From assembly GCF_000025685.1 (NCBI RefSeq), contig NC_013967.1, forward strand, positions 1,470,001 through 1,502,000: DNA of 32,000 nucleotides, written 5' to 3'. Below, piece after piece: positions 16,474-23,346 of the stretch. Both the position numbers and the translations under genes were made by a program. The notes beneath the pieces were generated by a model. That model had not been told where the DNA came from. It ran no database searches and saw only the letters and a list, made by a program, of their open reading frames with translations. Positions within the stretch are counted from its first letter, which is position 1, and every line of letters starts with the position of its first letter. This DNA is from Haloferax volcanii DS2. Lineage in GTDB: Archaea > Halobacteriota > Halobacteria > Halobacteriales > Haloferacaceae.

Positions 16474-16495
16474 CGGCCCCCGTGTCGGACCGTCC

Positions 16496-16942
16496 ATGAG
16501 CGACGAGGTCGACCGTGCGACGGTGCAAACCTACCTCCCGGCCCACCAGAAGGCCGTCTGGAAGGATCACGCGGACCGACTCGGGATGAGCCAAAGTGAA
16601 TTTGTCAGGACGATGGTACAGGCCGGTCGGCGGGATTTCGACGTTCCGTCGAGGGGCGACGAAGCGGCGACAACCCCGGGGGTTGACGGGGGAAAGACGG
16701 GGGACCAGAACGACGGTTCAAATCAGGAGAATGAGAGTGAAAATAACGGCGGGTTCGAGGACCGAATCGTCGAGGCGCTCGCGGCCGATTCGTACCGGTC
16801 GTGGGACGACCTCGTCGCGGCGCTGACCGACGACATCGAAGACCGCCTCGAATCGACGCTTCAGGAGCTCCAATCGAAGGGCCGAGTCGTGTACAGCGGG
16901 CGACACGGCGGTTACACGCTGGCGGAGCGCGATGGCCGCTGA
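16496..16942 (+). CDS. Ribbon-helix-helix (CopG-like) plus C-terminal winged-helix-like DNA-binding protein
   Basis: ATG at 16496; the track start 16466 is a TTG. TVQTYLPAHQKAVWKDHADRLGMSQSEFVRTMVQAG fits strand-helix-helix. An acidic linker follows, then RIVEALAADSYRSWDDLVAAL...LQSKGRVVYSGRHGGYTLAE. Overlaps the integrase start by 11 nt. Confidence 0.7.
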   Translation: MSDEVDRATVQTYLPAHQKAVWKDHADRLGMSQSEFVRTMVQAGRRDFDVPSRGDEAATTPGVDGGKTGDQNDGSNQENESENNGGFEDRIVEALAADSYRSWDDLVAALTDDIEDRLESTLQELQSKGRVVYSGRHGGYTLAERDGR

Positions 16943-17981
16943 GCGACCCGCCGACGCGGAGGACCCGGTCGGGTATTTCCTGCAGGATATGACCTATCAC
17001 GGGAAGACCGACCGGACCCGCGACGCCTACGAGCGCGTTCTCCGAGCGTTTGAGTCGTTTCTCGGCGACCCCTCGCGGAACCCCGCCGGGACGGCCCGGT
17101 CGGTCGACGACGCGACTCACCGCGACTGCATGGCGTGGATACACACCCTTCGAAACCGCGATGTCGCGCCGAGCACGGTGGCGACGTACGCCTCCTACCT
17201 CCACCGGTTTTACGCCTACATGGCGCAGGTCGGCGCGTTCGACTCCAACCCGATGAGCCTCGTGATGGAGGAGATGGACGAGCGCATCGACACCAACCCC
17301 GCTCGACGTGAGCTTTCGGTCCCGCAGATGCGGGGGTTCGTCCGGGACATCGCCCATCCGCTGGACCACGCGCTGGTGGTCACCCTCCTCAAGACCGGGA
17401 TGCGCGTCGGCGAACTGTGCAACCTCGATCTTCGAGACGTGTCGCTGTCGGCGGAGACACCTCTGGACGATGTATCGACCCGCGCCGCCCTCGACGGTCG
17501 CGGGCCGTCGATATACGTCGCCGCCGACCCGAGCGTCGGAAGCGTCACGAACGGCGAGGAGCGAACCGCCTCGAACAAGCGAAAGCGGTCGACGGTCGTC
17601 CCCGTCGACGACGAGTTGGAGGCCGTCCTCCTGCGCTGGCTGGCGATTCGTCCGGATTCGCCGTCACCGGCCGAACCGCTTTTCGTCGGCACCGCCTCGG
17701 GGTGGGGCCGGCGCTTGGAACCCGACGCCGTCCACCACGTCGTCACCGCTCACGCCGCCGACGCCGGCTGGTACCGGGCGGGCGGCGACCGCGAGGAGAA
17801 CGTCACGCCCCACTACTTCCGGCACTTCTTCACCACCCACCTTCGGGACCGCACCGGCGACCGCGGCATCGTCAAGTACCTCCGCGGCGACGTTGCCGGC
17901 GACATCATCGACACGTACACCCACAACTGGGGCGACAGAGTGCGCGAAACGTACGAATCCAACATTTACTCGCTCCGCTGA
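16932..17981 (+). CDS. Tyrosine-type site-specific recombinase/integrase
   Basis: 349 aa. N-terminal SAM-like core-binding domain (RTRDAYERVLRAFESFL...VATYASYLHRFYAYM). Catalytic domain: LLKTGMRVGELCNLDL...HYFRHFFTTHL...GDIIDTYTH (R..HxxR..Y). Confidence 0.9.
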   Translation: MAAERPADAEDPVGYFLQDMTYHGKTDRTRDAYERVLRAFESFLGDPSRNPAGTARSVDDATHRDCMAWIHTLRNRDVAPSTVATYASYLHRFYAYMAQVGAFDSNPMSLVMEEMDERIDTNPARRELSVPQMRGFVRDIAHPLDHALVVTLLKTGMRVGELCNLDLRDVSLSAETPLDDVSTRAALDGRGPSIYVAADPSVGSVTNGEERTASNKRKRSTVVPVDDELEAVLLRWLAIRPDSPSPAEPLFVGTASGWGRRLEPDAVHHVVTAHAADAGWYRAGGDREENVTPHYFRHFFTTHLRDRTGDRGIVKYLRGDVAGDIIDTYTHNWGDRVRETYESNIYSLR

Positions 17982-18052
17982 GAAGCGTGGCCGCTGTTCG
18001 GAGCGCGACTCGTAAACTGTATCTCGCTATATTGAATCTTCGTGTGCGCGAC

Positions 18053-18436
18053 CTATCGTTTGACGCCCGTCGCCTCGATTTGGACGGCGGCGTCGTTCGG
18101 GAGTTCGGAGACGCCGACGACGGTCATCGCCGGTCGCCGGTCGTCGAAGTAGGCGTCGTAGGCCGACTCGACGGCGTCGATTCGGTCGAGGTCCGTCGTG
18201 TAGACCGTCGTTCGGAGCACGTCGTCCAAGTCGAGTCCCGAGCGGCCGACGGCCGCTTCCACGCGTTCGAGCGCGTTCATCGTCTGGCTCTCGACCGACG
18301 GGCGGTCGGCCGCCGTCGGGTCCGGTTGCGGGTACTGCGCGTCGAAAAAGACGAGTTGCAGGTCCCGCTTCCGGGCTCCGAAGCCGGCGGTCGCCTTGTA
18401 GTGGTCGCTCTCGTATCGGACCGCATCGCCGTTCAT
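18053..18436 (-). CDS. RidA/YjgF/L-PSP family protein
   Basis: 127 aa. Motifs: ...QTMNALERVEAAVGRSGLDLDDVLRTTVYTTDLDRIDAVESAYDAYF...RPAMTVVGVSELPNDAAVQIEATG. Confidence 0.8.
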   Translation of the reverse strand: MNGDAVRYESDHYKATAGFGARKRDLQLVFFDAQYPQPDPTAADRPSVESQTMNALERVEAAVGRSGLDLDDVLRTTVYTTDLDRIDAVESAYDAYFDDRRPAMTVVGVSELPNDAAVQIEATGVKR

Positions 18437-18624
18437 CGCTGTGCCTCCGCGGGGTTCGTTCGAATCTGGTTCACAGTCGTACTACTCCGCGAGCGGCCAT
18501 CGCCGTGTCGCTAGCATGTACTAATCCACACAGACGTTCGTTGTGTCCGGCGGAGCGAGGCTCAAACGGGCGCTTGACTCATACCGGCCTCTTTATCCGC
18601 GGAGCGAGAACGACGCCCGAGACC

Positions 18625-19245
18625 GTGAGTTCGTTGCTCCCGTTGAAACCCGCCGCAGCATCGGTTCGAGACCGGGGACTGAGCCCGCTTCTCGTCGAAC
18701 TCGACGACGACGACGCGGACGAGGTCCTGTCGGCGCTGTCGTCTGCCACCGCGAGGCGGCTCCTCGCCGCCGTCTACGACGATCCGCGCCCCGCCTCCGA
18801 ACTGGCCGACGCGCTCGACACGACGCTCCAGACCGTCGGCTACCACGTCGAGCGACTGGTCGACGCCGAGTTGATAGAGCCCGTGACGACGTGGGTCTCC
18901 GCGCAGGGCCGCGAGATGGCCGTCTACGGCCCGACCCGCTCCGCCGTTGTTCTCTTCGCGGGCGCGGAGCGAACCGAATCGAAGCTCTCCTCGGGGCTTC
19001 GGACGCTCGTCGCCGGCGTCGGTGTCACGCTAGTCGGAAGCGTCGCCGTGCAGACGCTGTGGACCGCGCGACGGCCACAGGTCAGGTACGCCGCGCCGGC
19101 TCCGACCGGTCCCGCCCCCGAACCGGGCGTCGCGGAGTTCGTCTCCGCCTTCCTCGCCGGCCCCGGCGCGCTCGTGTTCCTCGTCGGCGTCGCCCTCGCC
19201 GTCCTCGTGAGCCTCGGCGTCGCCTGGACTCAAAGGCGCGCTTGA
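18625..19245 (+). CDS. Membrane-anchored ArsR-type winged-helix transcription regulator (2 C-terminal TM helices)
   Basis: wHTH: DEVLSALSSATARRLLAAVYDDPRPASELADALDTTLQTVGYHVERLVDAELIE. TM helices: LRTLVAGVGVTLVGSVAVQTLW and FVSAFLAGPGALVFLVGVALAVLVSLGVAW. Start set at GTG 18625, with a CTTTATCC box ~30 nt upstream. The track start 18505 is unlikely. Confidence 0.65.
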   Translation: MSSLLPLKPAAASVRDRGLSPLLVELDDDDADEVLSALSSATARRLLAAVYDDPRPASELADALDTTLQTVGYHVERLVDAELIEPVTTWVSAQGREMAVYGPTRSAVVLFAGAERTESKLSSGLRTLVAGVGVTLVGSVAVQTLWTARRPQVRYAAPAPTGPAPEPGVAEFVSAFLAGPGALVFLVGVALAVLVSLGVAWTQRRA

Positions 19246-19287
19246 GCCACACACAGGCGAAAGTGACCCCGACGCGTTGGAGTAGGT

Positions 19288-20280
19288 GTGCACCGACGAA
19301 CCCTCCTCGCCGCGGCCGGAACCGGCCTCGCGGCGGCGCTGACGGGCTGTATCGCGAGTGCCGGCGACGGCGCTGACGACGCTGACGACGGAAACTCGAC
19401 GACCGAATCGACCCCCGACCCGACGCCCGAACCGGTGGATACCGTCTCGGTCGCATCCGGCGAGCGACTCACGACAGTCGTCGGCGACGGTCCCGTGGGC
19501 GACGGCGGGGCGCTAAAACCCCACCACATCCGCCTCGAAAACCCGACCGGCGAGTCGTGGACCGCTCGTATCGACGTTTCGCGCCCGCTCGGCGCGGGCC
19601 ACGCGGAGACCTACGAACTCGACGCCGACGCGACCGTGAACGTCTCGCTCCGCGTTCCCGCCGCCTACGAGGTGACCGTGACCGACATCGACTCGGACGC
19701 CGTAGCGACTGAATCGGTCGCCCCCGACGACTTCGACTGTAACCGCTCGTGGACCGCGTTCTCGCCCGGCGACGGCGGTGTCTCGGTCTCCGGCGGGTCG
19801 ACCCGAATGGCCTGCGGTTCCCACGTCGTCGACGCCGACGACGCGGTCACGGTCGCGCTCGGCGACGGGTCGCTCCCCACCGAGGCCACGAAGCCCCACG
19901 GTCTCGCCGTCGCGAACCCGACCGACGTGGCCGAAGTCGTCGAGTTCGCCTACGAGACGCCCGCGGGCGCGGTCGCCTTCGGCGGCGCGTACCGCCTCGA
20001 ACCCGGCGCGCGGGTCGGTGCATCGCTGACCGAGGTCCGCGAGGTCACGCTTCGCGTCGCTCGGCGGGACGAATCGGGCGAAGGGACGACCGAGGCGGTC
20101 ACCGTCGACAAATCGCAGTTCGACTGCAACGCGTCGAACACGACCGTCTCGCTCACCGACGACGGCGGCTTCGAGGCGCGGACGCTCTCGACGCTGCTGT
20201 TCTGCGGCGACGCGGAGCGGAAAAACGAGTCGTCGGCGGAGGGCGTCGGTCGGCAGTCAGACCTTCAGTTCGGTCTCTAA
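19288..20280 (+). CDS. Tat lipoprotein with an internally duplicated two-Cys domain (hypothetical)
   Basis: GTG start. VHRRTLLAAAGTGLAAALTGC gives Tat plus lipobox, followed by an acidic linker. Two similar halves, each KPHxhxhxNPT...Y.L....V..SL....YEVTV/EVTLRV...FDCN-x24/25-C-G. The 3' end overlaps the convergent 20257..21156 gene by 24 nt. Confidence 0.65.
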   Translation: MHRRTLLAAAGTGLAAALTGCIASAGDGADDADDGNSTTESTPDPTPEPVDTVSVASGERLTTVVGDGPVGDGGALKPHHIRLENPTGESWTARIDVSRPLGAGHAETYELDADATVNVSLRVPAAYEVTVTDIDSDAVATESVAPDDFDCNRSWTAFSPGDGGVSVSGGSTRMACGSHVVDADDAVTVALGDGSLPTEATKPHGLAVANPTDVAEVVEFAYETPAGAVAFGGAYRLEPGARVGASLTEVREVTLRVARRDESGEGTTEAVTVDKSQFDCNASNTTVSLTDDGGFEARTLSTLLFCGDAERKNESSAEGVGRQSDLQFGL

Positions 20281-21156
20281 CTCGGGCGACGCGATGGCCC
20301 GCTTGACGGTTTCGGCGGCCGGCGTCGCCTCCGCGACGTTCTCCATCAGGACCGTCTCGCTCGGGAACAGGTGTTCACCGAGCACGAGGCCGTGTTCGCG
20401 CGCGGTCGACCCGGTCATCGTGAGGTAGACGCCGATGCCGGTCTCCGCGATGGCGGCCTCCTCTTCCGGCGCGTCGTTCGGGTACGCGAACGTCACGTCG
20501 TCGAGACACCGCGTCCCGAGGACCGCCTCCACGAGGCGCTCGTAGCGCGGCGAGATACACAGGTCGCCCGCGTAGTCCGCGACGAAGTCGCGGTCGAGTT
20601 CGGAGCCCGGCGGGAGGAGTTCGGGGTCGGCCATGAGCGTGTGGTAGACCGTGTCTCCGAGGCCGGAGACGACCCGCACGTCGGTGTCCATCGGGTCGAT
20701 GCGGGCGTTCACGTCCTCGATGCTCCCGAGCCCTTCGGGGCGAAGCTTGACGACCTCTTCGAGCACGAGGTCGGCGCTGTCGAAGCCGAGGCCGAACTCG
20801 TGGGTCCGCAGGGCGCGGAACGGCTCCTCGCGCCCGACGAGGTGGATGTCGACCCCGTCGATTTCGAGGACGACGCTGTCGAAGACGATGCGCCGCGGCA
20901 TCCCGTCCCGGTCGTCGCGCAGGAGCGTGTACTCCGGCGCGGCCGGGTCCGAGAGGTCGCTGTAATCCGCGAGTCGCTCGTACACGTCGTGTTCCGGCCG
21001 GGTATGGCCCTTCGTGACCGACTTCTCGTATCGGAGCGTCGAGGTGATTTCGTCCGCCACCTCGGCGATGCTCTCGGTCGTGGCGAACCGTTCGAGCACC
21101 GCTTCGAGGGGGCGACCCTTTCGCGGAACAGCGACGCGCACCGTCTCTGTCATCAT
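20257..21156 (-). CDS. HisG-fold (ATP phosphoribosyltransferase-like) paralogue, divergent
   Basis: VRVAVPRKGRPLEAVLERF resembles the HisG N-terminus. VDIHLVGREEPFRALRTHEFGLGFDSADLVLEE resembles the ..ARAADIPEYV..G..D.GI.G.D block. GVYLTMTGSTAREHGLVL resembles the VDITSTGTTL PRPP-loop region. A ~50-aa insert follows the first strand. Too diverged to call the housekeeping hisG. Confidence 0.55.
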   Translation of the reverse strand: MMTETVRVAVPRKGRPLEAVLERFATTESIAEVADEITSTLRYEKSVTKGHTRPEHDVYERLADYSDLSDPAAPEYTLLRDDRDGMPRRIVFDSVVLEIDGVDIHLVGREEPFRALRTHEFGLGFDSADLVLEEVVKLRPEGLGSIEDVNARIDPMDTDVRVVSGLGDTVYHTLMADPELLPPGSELDRDFVADYAGDLCISPRYERLVEAVLGTRCLDDVTFAYPNDAPEEEAAIAETGIGVYLTMTGSTAREHGLVLGEHLFPSETVLMENVAEATPAAETVKRAIASPELETELKV

Positions 21157-21228
21157 CGGAACGTCGGGGCGGCCCGCTAAACAGGTTGCGCTTCGGGAAA
21201 ACGTCTCTCGGGAGCGCGCTCGGTCGGA

Positions 21229-23193
21229 CTACTCCGCCTCGTCGGTGTCGCCGTCGTCGCCGGCGGCCGGGCCGCCGCCCATGCCGGTACCGAAGGCCCC
21301 CGCGAGGCGCTCGCGGAAGGTTTCGAGTTCCGCGACGGTGTCGTCCAGTTCGCGGATGTCGTCGCGCAGCGCCTCGATTTCCTCGTCGGCCGCGGCGTCT
21401 TCGACCCGCGATTGAATCTCCGCGAGGCGGTCGTCGAGGGCCTCCCGCGTCTCCACGATATCCCCGTCGAGGTCGGCGATGTCCTCGCGGATGTCCCCGA
21501 CTTCGTCGTGGAGCGTCGAAGCCTGCTCTGTCGCTTCGGCGGCGCTGGATTCGGCCCCTTCGAGTCGGTCGACGGTCTCGTCGAGCCGACCGGCGATGTC
21601 GTCGAGGCGTTCGCGGACCGTCACGAGTTCCTCCTCGCGCTTGGCGAGCGTCTCCTCGACGCTGTCGAGGCGGTCGAAGCCGGCGTCGATGTTTCGCGAG
21701 GCGGTTTCGAGCCGCTCGTCGTGGTCGTCGAGTCGGCCTTCGACGGTCTCGAACTGCTCGTTGTGGGATTCGAGCCAGCCGTGGTAGTCGTCGAGGGTGT
21801 CTTCGGCGGTGTCGAGGTCGGACGCGAGGCCTTCGAGCCTGCCGTCGTGGTCGTCGAGGCGGCTCTCGGCGTCCGCGACTCGGGTAGCGACGCGGTCGGA
21901 GCGGTCGTCGACCGCGGCGATGGTCTCTTCGGCCGCGTCGAGCCGTGAGGTCGCGTCATCGACCGACTCGACCGCGCCGTCGACCATCGAGTCGAGGGCG
22001 TCGAGGTCCTCGCGGAACGCGGTCATCTCGGCGCGGAACTCGGAGACGAGGTCGCTCCCGGTCCCCTCCTCGTCGATGAACTCCGCGAGCGCATCGGAGT
22101 ACGCCGCGATGTCCTCCATCTGCGACTGGAGGCGGCGGATGCGAACGTCGGTACTCCGTCGCGTCTCGGCGTCGACCGCCTCGCGGATGACTTCGAGGTC
22201 GTCTTCGTCGGCCGCGCCCGACCGAATCTCGGCGGCGAGCGCCCCGACGAGTCCGTCCGCGTCAGGTGCGGGCGCGCTTCCGGTCGCGCCGGTGTCGGCG
22301 TCCGTCTCGGCATCGGCGTCTGCAGCCTCGGCCTCGACATCGACATCGGGCTGTTCGAGGTGTGCGGTCACGGCCGGCGCGGTGTCGGTGGCGACCGCGC
22401 GCGGGCCGGTCGATTCGGCGGACTCGTCGTCGGCTTCCCCGTCGTCGCCGAGCACGTCGTCGTCGGGCGAGGGCGTGGAGACCGACTCGTCGCCGTCGTC
22501 GGCCGCCTGCGCCTCGGCCGCCTCGGAGTCGGTCTCCCCGTCGTCTCCGCCAGCGAAGGCGGCCGCGAGGTCGCCGTCACTCGGCTCGTCGCCGGCGGCG
22601 TCTGCGGTATCTGCGGCGGTCGCGTCCGTCTCGGCGGCGTCGGCTGCTTCGGCCTCCGAGTCGGGGTCGGCGGGCGCGTCGAGGACGACTTCCCCCTCGT
22701 CCTCTGGGTCCGCGTCGTCGGCGTCCGACTCGTCGCGGGGCGGGTCGCGGTTGCCCGCGAGCACGTCTCGAACGATTTGACTGCGGTCTTCCCCGAGGAT
22801 GTCGTCGATGTCGTCGGGGTCGATGCCGCCGTCGACCGGGATGCGTTCGAGCGTCGGCTCTTCGAGGAAATCCGTCTGGTCGTGGCCGTCGGTGATGCGG
22901 ATGCCGTAGACCGTTACGAGCTCCTCGCCGGGGTCGAGCGTCCGTTCGTACTCGACGCGGTGGTCCTTGTAGGCCGTCCAGTTGTCGCTCTCGAAGTCGG
23001 GGTGGAACCCGACGCTCTCCATCGGGAACGACTTCGGGATGCGGTCGATGACTCGGATTCGGGTCGCCTCGTCTCGCGTCGACCTGATGACGAACTTGAT
23101 GGCGGGAACGGGAAACTCGTCGGCTGCGAAGGTCTTGTCGACCGTGACCTCGCCGTCGGAAACCGATGTAACCCCTTCGGACTCGCGGCTCAT
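21229..23193 (-). CDS. Large acidic protein: N-terminal beta-rich domain, D/E/A/T low-complexity spacer, C-terminal ~300-aa heptad coiled coil
   Basis: Start set at ATG 23193 (MSRESEGVTSVSDGEV...), 28 nt downstream of a minus-strand TTTTATAA box. The track start 23217 abuts that box. The C-terminal half has a/d heptads: RLDDHDGRLEGLASDLDTAEDTLDDYHGWLESHNEQFETVEGRLDDHDERLE... Confidence 0.8.
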   Translation of the reverse strand: MSRESEGVTSVSDGEVTVDKTFAADEFPVPAIKFVIRSTRDEATRIRVIDRIPKSFPMESVGFHPDFESDNWTAYKDHRVEYERTLDPGEELVTVYGIRITDGHDQTDFLEEPTLERIPVDGGIDPDDIDDILGEDRSQIVRDVLAGNRDPPRDESDADDADPEDEGEVVLDAPADPDSEAEAADAAETDATAADTADAAGDEPSDGDLAAAFAGGDDGETDSEAAEAQAADDGDESVSTPSPDDDVLGDDGEADDESAESTGPRAVATDTAPAVTAHLEQPDVDVEAEAADADAETDADTGATGSAPAPDADGLVGALAAEIRSGAADEDDLEVIREAVDAETRRSTDVRIRRLQSQMEDIAAYSDALAEFIDEEGTGSDLVSEFRAEMTAFREDLDALDSMVDGAVESVDDATSRLDAAEETIAAVDDRSDRVATRVADAESRLDDHDGRLEGLASDLDTAEDTLDDYHGWLESHNEQFETVEGRLDDHDERLETASRNIDAGFDRLDSVEETLAKREEELVTVRERLDDIAGRLDETVDRLEGAESSAAEATEQASTLHDEVGDIREDIADLDGDIVETREALDDRLAEIQSRVEDAAADEEIEALRDDIRELDDTVAELETFRERLAGAFGTGMGGGPAAGDDGDTDEAE

Positions 23194-23216
23194 GGCCGCC
23201 ACTTTCCCGACATCCA

Positions 23217-23224
23217 TTATAAAA
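23217..23224 (-). promoter_or_regulatory. TATA-like box for the coiled-coil protein gene
   Basis: Minus-strand TTTTATAA centred 28 nt upstream of ATG 23193. Confidence 0.45.
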
Positions 23225-23346
23225 CAACCGGGGCCGCGAAGTCGCCTCGCCGTCGTCTCCCGATTCGACGGTTTCGATGCGGCGGCTGTCAGCCGGCGAT
23301 GACCGGCGCGGAACGGCCGCCCCGAAAAGGCGGTTCGAACGCGACC

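Larger units (their letters stand above)
15899..16490. repeat. Imperfect inverted-repeat arms bracketing a ~41% GC island
   Basis: Left arm 15899-15917: GTCCGAC-GGCATATATTCA. Reverse complement of 16467-16490: GTCCGAC-acggg-GGCCGATATTCA. That is 17 matched positions plus a 5-nt indel. Each arm carries an outward-facing TGAATAT box. Confidence 0.55.
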
